Positions 9,511 to 19,394 of a stretch of 64,000 nt of DNA are shown piece after piece. The stretch comes from a virus, in the IMG/VR virus record IMGVR_UViG_3300037423_000584; one strand, given 5' to 3'. Each line of letters starts with the position of its first letter. Within the stretch, counting starts at the first letter, position 1. The position numbers were made by a program, and so were the translations under genes. The notes beneath the pieces are model-generated. The model worked only from the letters and a program-made list of their open reading frames with translations, was not told the DNA's origin and did not search any database.

Positions 9511-10017
9511 ATGGAAAAGCTTCGTCGTCTAATTCTTGACGGTATGAAGAACGTTGACGGTTATATTACCGTTACTGCTTTAGCTGAGGGTATTAAAAAA
9601 ATATCATCATTTACTGTTGATGAAGTGAAAACCGAAATCAACCGTATGGTTCTTGATGGGATTTTGGATACCTTTTATGCCCGATCCGAAGCGGATTTGG
9701 CTATTAGACAGCTTAGTAAGAATAAGCAAAAGGTCTATATTCGAGATTATCTTGTGTCTCGAAATGGTGCGGTTTATATCTCTAATATTCCTCCCAATCA
9801 TACTTCTGAACAGTTCAAAAATAGGAAGTATCTTTGGAAGAATAACACTTGGCACGATACGTGCTGTACAAGGGATCTGATGGATTCGGATAGCAAAAAC
9901 TATACCGATTATCCGGGGATATGGACTTCCTTGGATGAGGCAATTAAGTTTGCTAAGTCTAAAGGTTACGATCCTGTCGATCTAACTGATTCTATAATTC
10001 AGTCTCAGGTTATCTAA
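9511..10017 (+). CDS. hypothetical protein; N-terminal winged-helix-like, C-terminus distantly like the NSxRYA family
   Basis: AAGGTAGGT RBS; KYLWKNNTW...WTSLDEAIKFAK. Confidence 0.65.
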   Translation: MEKLRRLILDGMKNVDGYITVTALAEGIKKISSFTVDEVKTEINRMVLDGILDTFYARSEADLAIRQLSKNKQKVYIRDYLVSRNGAVYISNIPPNHTSEQFKNRKYLWKNNTWHDTCCTRDLMDSDSKNYTDYPGIWTSLDEAIKFAKSKGYDPVDLTDSIIQSQVI

Positions 10018-10048
10018 GGCAATAATTCTTCTAAAGGTAGATACTATT

Positions 10049-10303
10049 ATGAATAACGTTGGCAACATTAGCGGCAAAACGATGATCACTCGTCATGCTG
10101 CTAATATCGTCAGTGAGACGAATCGTACTATGTCCGATAAGCCGGTGGCAGCTATGCAGAACCTTTGCAGGTTGCAGGGATATGTTACTGGCATGATCGA
10201 ATCCTTGAAAATCAATGACAAGGAATGGATCGATGCCATGATGCATGGCTTGGATTCGGAGATTTTGAAATATTCCAGGCAGATCACTATTCAGCATCCA
10301 TAG
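10049..10303 (+). CDS. hypothetical protein
   Basis: AAAGGTAG RBS. Confidence 0.65.
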   Translation: MNNVGNISGKTMITRHAANIVSETNRTMSDKPVAAMQNLCRLQGYVTGMIESLKINDKEWIDAMMHGLDSEILKYSRQITIQHP

Positions 10304-10446
10304 TTTTGTATCGGCCTATGGTCCAAAACATACCAAAACCTCATTATTAGCTCAAAAACGAGGATTGGTGTTGTGTCCGCCTATGGTCAAAAACTGACCT
10401 TTCGGGTGTTTATAGGTTTAAATTATTACCATAAACATCCTTCTCA

Positions 10447-10496
10447 TACCTACCTTGACACTCGTTATAGGGAAACCTGTAGCGGGTGTTTCTTTT
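10447..10496 (+). terminator. TACCTACCTT element plus GAAA-loop terminator
   Basis: GACACTCGTTATAGG-GAAA-CCTGTAGCGGGTGTT-TCTTTT. Confidence 0.7.
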
Positions 10497-11238
10497 GGAA
10501 ACCGCGTTTTTAGCGTGAAAATGCGAGTTTTGTATTATTTGTGAATCGGTCTAGCAAAATATCACATAAACAAACCCGAAAACTCGACAAAAAGCTCCGT
10601 TGCCTTATATCTATATGGTATAAGTATAAGAATAATAAAGATTATTGATATTGGATATAGGGATTTAATTAATAAACCCGATTATTTGTTCAAAAATAAG
10701 GGTTTTTTCATAAATTACAAGGAAATTCGCAGTATGCACCCCAATTCTATTCGCCTTAGCTATAAGTATTATGGTAATAAGGGTAATAGTTATAAGAAAG
10801 AGTATAAGTATAAGGGGTTGTTTAGTAATATTAAGATCAAACCTTGATTTTTAGATCAAAAACGAGGTTTTAGTATGAATCGTGACAATGTACCATCGTC
10901 CACGCTTGTAGTAATAGGTATAGTTTCTATGCTTATTATTATGAGTGTGGGATTAGGTATAATTATATGGTTTATATGGCCTTAAACGGCCGTATAGGCT
11001 TTGATCACATGTCTAGTGTAATAGTACATTAAAACCTAATTCTAGGTGAATTGGGAATGTATTGTTAGATAGGTATACCAAACAAAGGTAGGTATAGTAT
11101 GCCGTTTGAATACAATAGCGATTATAAGATCGATTGGAACAACGAAGAAGATATGGATTGGTTGATGAACCATATCGATTCGTATCTCAGTCGATAGTTA
11201 TTTGATCTTGGGACTCTGATTTAAAAGGTAGGTGATCA

Positions 11239-11460
11239 ATGAAAGTTAATGTGGTTTTAAAGAATGCAGACTTTACAGAATGTAGAGGTCCGATGCTTTT
11301 CCATAAAGTCTTTGTCGATCTAGACAAAGCTGTGGAATATGTAAAAGGACAAAGTGGGATATTTGGGGGTCAGCAGTACGATAAACCTTCTTCGTTTTCT
11401 TCCAAAAACAGATTAAGTTTTAATGGTTTTGATATCCTTACCGATATCGAACTTGAATAG
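11239..11460 (+). CDS. hypothetical protein
   Basis: AAAAGGTAGGT RBS. Confidence 0.7.
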   Translation: MKVNVVLKNADFTECRGPMLFHKVFVDLDKAVEYVKGQSGIFGGQQYDKPSSFSSKNRLSFNGFDILTDIELE

Positions 11461-11670
11461 GGCAGAATCGTATGAAACAGAACACTCTCTTTAAGACTCA
11501 TAAGTTGTTTCAAACAACAGAAAAAGATGGTTTGTGGGGAGGAAAGATCACAATCTATCGTTGCTCTTGTTGCGGAAAACGATGGAGTGGTATTGGTAAA
11601 AAGCCTTCTGCTGGTGAAAGATGCAGAGGGAAGAATTGATATATAGTCCAAATTGCTAAGTGTTTGGCTA

Positions 11671-11705
11671 GGACCCTGATACTGAATAAGTATTAGGGTC
11701 TTTTT
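11671..11705 (+). terminator. intrinsic terminator with boxB-like loop
   Basis: GACCCTGATAC-TGAATAA-GTATTAGGGTC-TTTTT. Confidence 0.8.
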
Positions 11706-11876
11706 GTAATAATAATCCTGAAACGGCAGGATGGGTTATCAAGTAAAAAAGAGATATAGCCGTCAACTTATCTCTTCTCTGATAAGACGGACCAGCGATG
11801 GTACACTGGTTATTATTACATTGAAATTCTAATATCGAAAGATGTTAGAGTTTCTTTATTTTAAAGGTAGGTTAAA

Positions 11877-12287
11877 ATGCGATTCTCTGAATGGTCAGAT
11901 GGATCGATGCCCGTGTTTCTTAATCCAACCCATGACGAAATTGTGGAATTGGTTAAGTCTCATCCTGATACGCTTCGTATCTGTGAAGATGACAATAATA
12001 TAGCTGTTGCTAGTGGCTATGGTAATACACATACAAGTGTTATTAAAGTCATCAGAAAGAATGCTATAAAGGATTTCTTTCCATTGGACTTGATTCTCTT
12101 TAGAGAAACTGGCCGATGGTTATGGAATCCGTTGGGTCATTGGGATAGGGTACTAACAGAACGAGTAGGATTTGAATCTGGGTTGCGGTTTTTGTCTGAT
12201 AAGACAAAGGAGTTTGTTTTAGAGTTTGTTAGGATTGCAGAGGATCAATATAGGACAACAGAGTCTAATATTATAGACTTTGAATAA
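11877..12287 (+). CDS. hypothetical protein
   Basis: AAAGGTAGGT RBS, 136 aa. Confidence 0.7.
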   Translation: MRFSEWSDGSMPVFLNPTHDEIVELVKSHPDTLRICEDDNNIAVASGYGNTHTSVIKVIRKNAIKDFFPLDLILFRETGRWLWNPLGHWDRVLTERVGFESGLRFLSDKTKEFVLEFVRIAEDQYRTTESNIIDFE

Positions 12288-12559
12288 AATTTAAGTGGGC
12301 TAGGGCATGAAGATTGCGAATTGTCAGTTTAATGAAGATAAACTGATTGTTGTTGTTAATGAAGAATCAGAATATCTATTCAAACATCCATCTATTAGAG
12401 ATTTTGGAAGACATTTCTCTAGTAATGGTAAAGAACTTAAACCCACGAATTATTGGGTTTATAAATATGATAGATATGATAGAGATTTAAAACTTGACGA
12501 AATCATTCTTCATCTGAACGAATTAGGATATACGGTTTTGTTTTAAAAGGTAGGCAAAT

Positions 12560-12754
12560 ATGCAACAAGAAAACTTGGAAGATTTGCCAAAACGTCAGCG
12601 TGTGAGTGCTGAGAATCACCACGCTTGTCGTCCATTGTGTCCATGTTGTGGAGGTGGCGATAATCGTAAAGGTTATAAACATACGAAGGCAACAAGCAGA
12701 TATCATAGTGCAAAGTCCCGTAGATCGAAACCAAAGAAGAAGGATCATCAGTAA
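12560..12754 (+). CDS. small basic Cys/His protein
   Basis: AAAAGGTAGG RBS; HHACRPLCPCC; Arg/Lys-rich tail. Confidence 0.6.
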   Translation: MQQENLEDLPKRQRVSAENHHACRPLCPCCGGGDNRKGYKHTKATSRYHSAKSRRSKPKKKDHQ

Positions 12755-12760
12755 TAAGCA

Positions 12761-12835
12761 GGGCACATAGCTCAACTATGGTAGAGCAGCCGTCTCCAAA
12801 GCGGCAGGTTTTTGGTTCGAATCCAAATGTGCTCG
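12761..12835 (+). tRNA. tRNA-Trp(CCA)
   Basis: GGGCACA/TGTGCTC; GCCGT-CTCCAAA-GCGGC; TTCGAAT. Confidence 0.9.
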
Positions 12836-12862
12836 TTATATTAATAGAAAGGTAGGAAGTGT

Positions 12863-13099
12863 ATGAATTTGATTCAGGGTTGTAATTATCAAGTTAAGAA
12901 AGATCATCGTTTTCATCCGGGTCGATTTGGTCAGTTTCAATTTCTTGGTGGGCCTAATCGAGAAGCAATTGTTATGTCTGATTTGCAAGATTCAAAAAGT
13001 ATCTTTGCAGTAGGATTGAATGACCTTGTTGATTTTGATCCTGCCAAAGATGATGTATTTGAAAATGCTGTACCGGGAAGAATGTTAGAATTAAGCTAA
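12863..13099 (+). CDS. hypothetical protein
   Basis: AAAGGTAGG RBS. Confidence 0.65.
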   Translation: MNLIQGCNYQVKKDHRFHPGRFGQFQFLGGPNREAIVMSDLQDSKSIFAVGLNDLVDFDPAKDDVFENAVPGRMLELS

Positions 13100-13127
13100 G
13101 ATCAGCATCTTTGATTGTCCCCTTCGT

Positions 13128-13162
13128 AGAACTTCAAGATTGAATAAGTCTTGGGTTCTTTT
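13128..13162 (+). terminator. intrinsic terminator with boxB-like loop
   Basis: AGAACTTCAAGAT-TGAATAA-GTCTTGGGTTCT-TTT. Confidence 0.75.
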
Positions 13163-13247
13163 GTAGATAGGTTAGGTGACATCAGAGTCTTATAAAATGC
13201 CGAAAGGTATAGCCTATCTACTTAATTTAAAAATAAAGGTAGACAAC

Positions 13248-13499
13248 ATGAAAGCTAAATATATTATTTTGGAACGATCTGGTATCGAAATGCCAATTTT
13301 GTTTCCAGAATTTATTGAACACATAGATGCTGTACTAATTGGTGGTAAAGTTATATCTGCTGGATTTTTTGAAGTTATTCTTCGCGAACATTCAAGAATG
13401 GAAGTGAGAGCCTACGGAGAAAGCATTAGCCTTAAAGTAAAGGCTAGATTCGAAGATGCTGATTTGATCGAGAAAATGATCTGTAATTATGAGAATTAA
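13248..13499 (+). CDS. conserved hypothetical phage protein
   Basis: AAAGGTAG RBS; MKAKYII...PILFP..I.H..ISAGF...YGESISL. Confidence 0.7.
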   Translation: MKAKYIILERSGIEMPILFPEFIEHIDAVLIGGKVISAGFFEVILREHSRMEVRAYGESISLKVKARFEDADLIEKMICNYEN

Positions 13500-13510
13500 G
13501 GTAGGTTTGT

Positions 13511-13960
13511 ATGCAAACCAAATCAATTGTTCGTGAAAACGCAGAAAAAGATCCGAATTATGCACCGTATTGTATGCCTTGTCCTCGTTTGGTTCGAATG
13601 AAGAAAATCGAACCATTCTTTTGGAAGTGCGATAAGTGCGGTGCCGAATGCGACGAACGAGAGATTAAGCAAGAAGATATTGATAAGCTTGATGAGCTTC
13701 AATCGAAAGAGAATGATGGTCGTGGTATTTCTTGTGTAAAAACCATCCTTTTCTTTCTTAGACATAATAAAATTGATGAAGCTAGGGCTTGCAGGCAAAA
13801 CGAAGGCGACAAGATTAATTCTTATCCATTGGTCGAATTACAAATCAACAAGATGTTTGGTTGCAGAACGCATTTAAGGAAGATGTGTAATCATTGGCTT
13901 TGCGTTAGTCTTCTAAATGGGACCAAGGCAAAAACAGTTGTTGCCCCGCATCATGGATAA
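13511..13960 (+). CDS. zinc-ribbon protein
   Basis: AAGGTAGGT RBS; CMPC...CDKC. Confidence 0.65.
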   Translation: MQTKSIVRENAEKDPNYAPYCMPCPRLVRMKKIEPFFWKCDKCGAECDEREIKQEDIDKLDELQSKENDGRGISCVKTILFFLRHNKIDEARACRQNEGDKINSYPLVELQINKMFGCRTHLRKMCNHWLCVSLLNGTKAKTVVAPHHG

Positions 13961-13962
13961 CC

Positions 13963-14271
13963 ATGATTACGCATGTTGCTATACTTGATATAAATAAGAA
14001 AATTTGGTCATTACCTAGACCCAACCGTCATCATAATGTAATTCATATGATTAATGAACAATCTGGTAGAGATATTGCCAGAGGTTTATTAAAAGATCAT
14101 GTGCAAGGATTTATGAATGACTCTGGTCAATTTTTAACACGAAAAGAAGCATTTTATGAAGCGTTAAGATGTGATCAATTGTTACCACCTTATAATCCAA
14201 TTAATCCATCTGAAAGACATGGTGAGATTAATAAAAATCCTAGAGAATTATTCTCAGAGGATTTGTGGTAG
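13963..14271 (+). CDS. conserved hypothetical phage protein
   Basis: RHH...QGF..DSGQFLTRKEA...LFSEDLW pattern. Confidence 0.7.
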   Translation: MITHVAILDINKKIWSLPRPNRHHNVIHMINEQSGRDIARGLLKDHVQGFMNDSGQFLTRKEAFYEALRCDQLLPPYNPINPSERHGEINKNPRELFSEDLW

Positions 14272-14344
14272 ATTTTGCCCCTTGAGTTCCAGGCAGGAAT
14301 CCAATAGTAAACAACTGTTGGATTCTTTTAAAGGTAGGTGAAAT

Positions 14345-14671
14345 ATGGAAGATCCGGTTTTAGAAGCTATATCGCTTCTAATGGAAAGTTTCTTGCCTCA
14401 AATGTCTGGTTCTGAGACAGTTAGACATAGAATTTGTGATGAATTTGTTCAGTTCCAAGTTGATAGAGATATCTTTATCGATTGGATGAAAGTTCATCCT
14501 GAATTTAAGATGCTTAAGGAGATCAAAGCACTAGTTCTTCTTAAGAACAATAAGAACAGAATGATTAAACAGTTTTCTGTTGATTCATTTATTACTTCTT
14601 ATCTTACTAAACCTAATCGTCATAAAGATTCATTGGTTCGTGAAGCTGGACGAAAGTTTGGTTTGACATAG
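14345..14671 (+). CDS. hypothetical protein
   Basis: AAAGGTAGGT RBS. Confidence 0.7.
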   Translation: MEDPVLEAISLLMESFLPQMSGSETVRHRICDEFVQFQVDRDIFIDWMKVHPEFKMLKEIKALVLLKNNKNRMIKQFSVDSFITSYLTKPNRHKDSLVREAGRKFGLT

Positions 14672-15064
14672 ACGATCAATAAGATCGTCATTGATCTTAT
14701 ATGATCTTTCTTTCTTAAAAGGAGAAAGGTCATGGACAAAGAGACTCAAAGAAAAATAGATCATCTGTTTCAAAAACAGATAATGAAAAATATTCCAGAA
14801 ATTGTGTTAATGGCACAACTGGTTATTTTTAGTCAAGAGAATAGAGATACAGAAGCAATAAAGAAAGAGATCCAGCACAGACGACGGTTAAATAAATGGC
14901 TTGATGAATATGGTACATGGCACAAGGGACAAGCTCCATATGGTGCCGATGCTATACTTGAACAAATAAATAAAATGAAATCGTAATCAATTACAAATTA
15001 TTTTATGTATTGATGAGTTCGCTTCCGTATACTGATGAGTTCGCTTGACAAAGGTAGGTAGATT

Positions 15065-15574
15065 ATGCGGAATTTGGCTAAACCGTTTCGTCCGGTTCGT
15101 TTGATTAATGATAAACCTTATGAATTGGATACCATGCGTATGGGTCCGAAGGGTCAATCGGTTAACACAACTGGTTGTTTCGGTGTTCAATCCACATACG
15201 GGGTTCGTGGATTAAGTATTGTTAATCGGAAAATAGCTCCGGGCAAACACAAAGGTGCGGTTAAGAAAAAAAATGGTTCTAGGCTTATTTCTGCAAGAAC
15301 TATTCTTAACTTTGATCGAACATCTTTGCCGAAATTGTTAAATATTCGGAACGATCTTGTTTTCCTTAAGGCTCTTAATGGTCTTTCGGAAGATATGGAT
15401 CAGGTTTTGAATGATTTAACTGATTATATGTTGGCAAGTTATGGTTCATCGATTAAGAAGTTCGACGAACAACGTATTCGTACTGCCAAGGGGATGATTG
15501 GCAAAATTCAAGTTAAACCCATGAATGATCTTAAAGAGAAGATCAATCGGGCTTTGGCTATCATGGGTGGATGA
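15065..15574 (+). CDS. basic hypothetical protein, paralog of 28044-28679
   Basis: NTTGxFGV...LSIVxRKxAPGK...KKKNGSxLIS shared; AAAGGTAGGT RBS. Confidence 0.75.
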   Translation: MRNLAKPFRPVRLINDKPYELDTMRMGPKGQSVNTTGCFGVQSTYGVRGLSIVNRKIAPGKHKGAVKKKNGSRLISARTILNFDRTSLPKLLNIRNDLVFLKALNGLSEDMDQVLNDLTDYMLASYGSSIKKFDEQRIRTAKGMIGKIQVKPMNDLKEKINRALAIMGG

Positions 15575-15796
15575 TGAACACTTTGGATAAAATAAAACTT
15601 ATTCCTAAAAATAAGTGGATGAAAGACAGAATACAACGACATGGAGATGTTGTTATATTCAAAAAAGAAGGTTTGTTTAAAGGTAAAAAAGCTTTACTTG
15701 TAGAATCACTTAATAATACTTCTATTGTCAATACCAAGTGGTTGGCTTGGATTGTTTTAGAAGAAGACGCATCTATTGTTGTAATAAAATAGATTT

Positions 15797-15841
15797 CCTA
15801 CCTTGAGAATCCTGTAACTGAATAAGTTGCAGGATTTCTTT
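15797..15841 (+). terminator. CCTACCTT element plus boxB-like terminator
   Basis: GAGAATCCTGTAAC-TGAATAA-GTTGCAGGATTTC-TTT. Confidence 0.75.
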
Positions 15842-15943
15842 GTATACATACGAGGCCGCGGTGGCTCGGGGAGACGTTCCCTAGTTCCGTTCGATTCGGG
15901 TACTTGGTAGAGATAGCATTCGACAGCTATCCCGTATGTATAC
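15842..15943 (+). ncRNA. structured small RNA with T-loop-like hairpins
   Basis: Closing stem GTATACATACG/CGTATGTATAC; CCG-TTCGATT-CGG; GATAGC-ATTCGACA-GCTATC. Confidence 0.55.
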
Positions 15944-15951
15944 TTAATATA

Positions 15952-16060
15952 TGGCGTTGGGTAGGCCGGCGTCGATAACCGGCTAAATCTTCGGATGACC
16001 TTGGCAGGACTACCCTCGGAAAAGGCTCATTACCATCCGGGTTCGAATCCCGAACGCCAT
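15952..16060 (+). ncRNA. tRNA-like RNA (acceptor plus T arm, non-canonical middle)
   Basis: TGGCGTT/AACGCCA with CGGG-TTCGAAT-CCCG; GCCGG/CCGGC and ATC-TTCG-GAT arms. Confidence 0.6.
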
Positions 16061-16472
16061 TTTCTCTCGGTAAGGTATAGCAAAGTAGTTATACCTTATT
16101 ATCCTGTTGTTTTATATAGGGGAAGTTAGCTTATGTTTGGGGATCATTTGTCTTTGGCCAATCTTTGGGTAAAGATGGCAAAGTTGCATGAGCTAATGGG
16201 ACAAGATGCAGCATCTAGATTAGCAATTAGAAATGCTTCTTATCACATTGAAGAAGCAGCAAAACTTCAACATCAAACTGTTCGATTTAATAGGGAAGGC
16301 GGTGATGTCATATGCTCTAGTACAAAAATAGCTTGTGCATAAGTCGGACCCCCATTCTTATGCACTAATAGCTGATTAGGGGTACAAATTTGGAGGATAT
16401 ATGCAAGCTTAGCTTGTACTACTTAATAAACAATAAAATAAATTAAATATCACACGCGGATTCCGATGCTTC

Positions 16473-16507
16473 AAATACCTCATTCTGAATAAGAGTGGGG
16501 TATTTTT
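16473..16507 (+). terminator. boxB-like hairpin abutting ATG of next gene
   Basis: AAATACCTCATTC-TGAATAA-GAGTGGGGTATTT-TT then ATG at 16508. Confidence 0.7.
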
Positions 16508-16765
16508 ATGGAACCTATCGAAGAAGCAAAAGAGCTTCTAAGAACAATATACTATTATGCCACTAGAGATTCTAATATTCTTTGGTGGCATTCATTGAAT
16601 AGCGAGACAGCACTAGAACTACTTAATAATGGATCTTTGATTGATATCTATGATTTTTTGACAGATATCAAAGATTGGGCCACTAGTGAAGGTGATGATG
16701 TTGGTCCCGATTGGTGGCAACAAAATAATTTAACGAAACGAATTTTATCTATTGACCTTTCATAA
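16508..16765 (+). CDS. hypothetical protein
   Basis: 85 aa with internal duplication (LL.IY..AT...WW). Confidence 0.6.
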   Translation: MEPIEEAKELLRTIYYYATRDSNILWWHSLNSETALELLNNGSLIDIYDFLTDIKDWATSEGDDVGPDWWQQNNLTKRILSIDLS

Positions 16766-16777
16766 AGGTAGGTAATC

Positions 16778-17032
16778 ATGAGCAAAGAACAACTGCTCGA
16801 AACAGTTGGAAGTTTTACTTGGAGCTTTCATGATAAGTTCCTTGTCGAGATTCCAAATGTTGGCAATTTTGTTTGGAGCGATCCAGATTATCGTGGGGAT
16901 AATTCCTTTAAACGATATGATGGAAATTACAAACAGTGGTGCAAAGAAGAAGGAATTCCTTTCGGTCGCGATAAAGGAAAACATAAGATTCGAAATTATT
17001 GCGGATCTGAAATCAAGATTGTCGGACTGTAA
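16778..17032 (+). CDS. hypothetical protein
   Basis: AAAGGTAGGT RBS. Confidence 0.7.
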   Translation: MSKEQLLETVGSFTWSFHDKFLVEIPNVGNFVWSDPDYRGDNSFKRYDGNYKQWCKEEGIPFGRDKGKHKIRNYCGSEIKIVGL

Positions 17033-17061
17033 ATCTATTGATTTATTAAAGGTAGGTTGAT

Positions 17062-17574
17062 ATGGCATGGGTCACGTTACATGATCTTTTATCTCCAAAT
17101 TTAAATCTTTATGGCATCGTTCCACTAGATGCTACTATAACTTTAATCAGTGGTTCTGATGATGAATCATCATTCTTTCGTTATGAATATAAAAAGAATG
17201 ATTATATAGAAGAAATGATTCGTCTCGATAAGACAAAAATGTCGATTCGCGATTTTATCGACAAATTTGCCATTCTTGCAAAATCAACTGAATGGGGTGT
17301 TTCTAAAAATGGATCTTTAATCCATCATTCTGATGGTTTATATCGTGTAAAGGATGGCAAACTAGTTTCATTTGAAGTAAATGGCGGTCAAATAGTTTTT
17401 CTTACATACTGTCAATTAGATTTGACAGAATGGTTGAAAGAACAACCGGACGATATTCTTGCTCAATTCATGAAGCATTCGTTTGGATGGCGAAGAGAAT
17501 ACAAAGAGTTGGCAAATAATCTGTGTAATAAACTTGCAAGGCAAATCAACCTTTTGCAAGGCAGATATGAATAA
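17062..17574 (+). CDS. hypothetical protein
   Basis: AAAGGTAGGT RBS, 170 aa. Confidence 0.7.
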   Translation: MAWVTLHDLLSPNLNLYGIVPLDATITLISGSDDESSFFRYEYKKNDYIEEMIRLDKTKMSIRDFIDKFAILAKSTEWGVSKNGSLIHHSDGLYRVKDGKLVSFEVNGGQIVFLTYCQLDLTEWLKEQPDDILAQFMKHSFGWRREYKELANNLCNKLARQINLLQGRYE

Positions 17575-17582
17575 GGTGCCTT

Positions 17583-17888
17583 ATGCAACCTAAAGTAAGG
17601 CGTCATCGTCGCATCTATGGTCGGATAAGTCTTAGCGATCCTTGGAATAAACTATGTTGGGATTTGCTTGACGAGGGTCGTAGTTATGCTTATATAAGTC
17701 AAAAGACTTATCTGACATACTATCAGATTACTTATCGAGTAAAGAAATGGAATAAGAAAGTTTCTTATTATAGAAATGGAACAGGGCAATCTAAAGCAGC
17801 TAGTAGAAGAATGAAACGATTAATTCTTCTCGAAGAACGTATCGAGAAGATGGTTATGGGAAGCAAACGGATTGTTGTTTCTCTTTAG
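17583..17888 (+). CDS. Arg-rich HTH-like protein
   Basis: GRSYAYISQKTYLTYYQITYRVK HTH-like. Confidence 0.5.
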   Translation: MQPKVRRHRRIYGRISLSDPWNKLCWDLLDEGRSYAYISQKTYLTYYQITYRVKKWNKKVSYYRNGTGQSKAASRRMKRLILLEERIEKMVMGSKRIVVSL

Positions 17889-18168
17889 TTATCGAAGATA
17901 ACAGGGATGGTGGCCATGGGGTTGTATGTTCAATTTGTAATCTTGGATATTCTCGATTGGTTCGACAATATCCTCAACAGCGATCATTGATCGCAAGAAG
18001 GCTATATGTCCAGCAATCTTCACGGTTCTCATGACGGTTATGCTATGCGTACTGCTAATAAAGCCGTTGCTGGTGGTGTGATTCTTGTTTGGGGATTTGT
18101 CATTCTTGTGGTTGTTATGATGATAATTGGTTGGGTTATCAATCTGTTTAATTAATCTGGGAGGATTA

Positions 18169-18336
18169 ATGTCACCGTTTTTGGGGTTGGCTATTGTTTT
18201 CTTTATTGTCGCCATTGCTTGTTATGTCGCAGGAGCTAACACTTCTGGAATGCTAGAAAGAATTGGACGAATTATGTTATTCGTCTTTCTGACATTGGCA
18301 ATCATTTTCCTAATTATTGGATTCATGCGTCAATAG
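18169..18336 (+). CDS. DUF1328/UPF0391-like small membrane protein
   Basis: GGAGGA RBS; two TM helices AIVFFIVAIA...IGRIMLFVFLTLAII. Confidence 0.6.
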   Translation: MSPFLGLAIVFFIVAIACYVAGANTSGMLERIGRIMLFVFLTLAIIFLIIGFMRQ

Positions 18337-19168
18337 CAACTCCGCAGGACGGTTAATATTGGACGTAACCAGTTAGTGGATTGTAATATCCTCTAAGGGA
18401 GTCACAATCGGCAAGTGACCGAAAGTGGTAACTCTAATAGCTAGATTTGTCCTATCGTAACAGATGGGCAAATCTTTGTGTCTAAATCGAATGCAACCAC
18501 GTGTGTTTAGGGCACCTTGGTTGAGACTGTGTGTTAGGCGTAATACAGCCACCACTTTCTTAGCCCTGATTTAGATACCTTTTGAATCATTCATCGACGG
18601 ATGAATGATTCTTTTGTTTTGTTGCTGACCAGAAATGGTGGATATATAATTGAATGTTGGCCAATTCCCTTGTGGTGGTAACTCCTAGGCCATGACATAG
18701 TTATATATTATACGAGCAGTAACAAAACTCGAAATTTACTTATAGAAATATAGGTAAATTTCTTATGAATAATAAGCCATTTGGACATACTAGTAGATAT
18801 GGAACCATTGTAACATCTGATAGATGTGATTTTGCTAATGGAATTACGATTATAAAAGATCATAATTTATCAGAAGATAGATATATTTCTGATATAGCCG
18901 AGGCATTTGGATTTCATGCTGCAAATATCCTTCCTAATCTAAATGGTTTTCAAGGATATGATTGTTTGAAGTTCAATTTCATCTAATGTTATTTATCAAT
19001 CAAACGACTAAAGGTATATTAATCGCAACGGTTATTATAACTATTGCAATTTTTTTATTCTCTGGGGCGGTATTTGAGCCGTTAGTCAATAAGAACTGGG
19101 CGATTATTTTGTCGTCTATTGGTACTTCGTTGATTTGGTATTTGATTTTAAAGTTGAAATATTGAATT

Positions 19169-19285
19169 ATGAAACAAAAAGCTTTTACTCTTACTGAATT
19201 ACTTATTGTTATTAGCACTATTGTTGTTCTTGGTATTGTATTTATTCTGCTTATTTTAAAAGCAATTTCTATAATTCATCATTGA
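19169..19285 (+). CDS. 38-aa prepilin-type N-terminal methylation motif peptide (not in ORF track)
   Basis: MKQKAFTLTELLIVISTIVVLGIVFILLILKAISIIHH. Confidence 0.6.
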   Translation: MKQKAFTLTELLIVISTIVVLGIVFILLILKAISIIHH

Positions 19286-19315
19286 TATAAGTTGTTGTAA
19301 TTAGTAGATTTAATA

Positions 19316-19394
19316 GCCCCGGTATCTCAACCGCCTTCTAAGCGGTCGTTAACCGAGTAATTGGAGTATGCAGGTTCGAGTCCTGTCCGGGGCG
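19316..19394 (+). tRNA. atypical tRNA, anticodon TCT (Arg), lacking a normal D arm
   Basis: GCCCCGG/CCGGGGC; ACCGC-CTTCTAA-GCGGT; GCAGG-TTCGAGT-CCTGT; about 7 nt between acceptor and anticodon stems. Confidence 0.65.
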
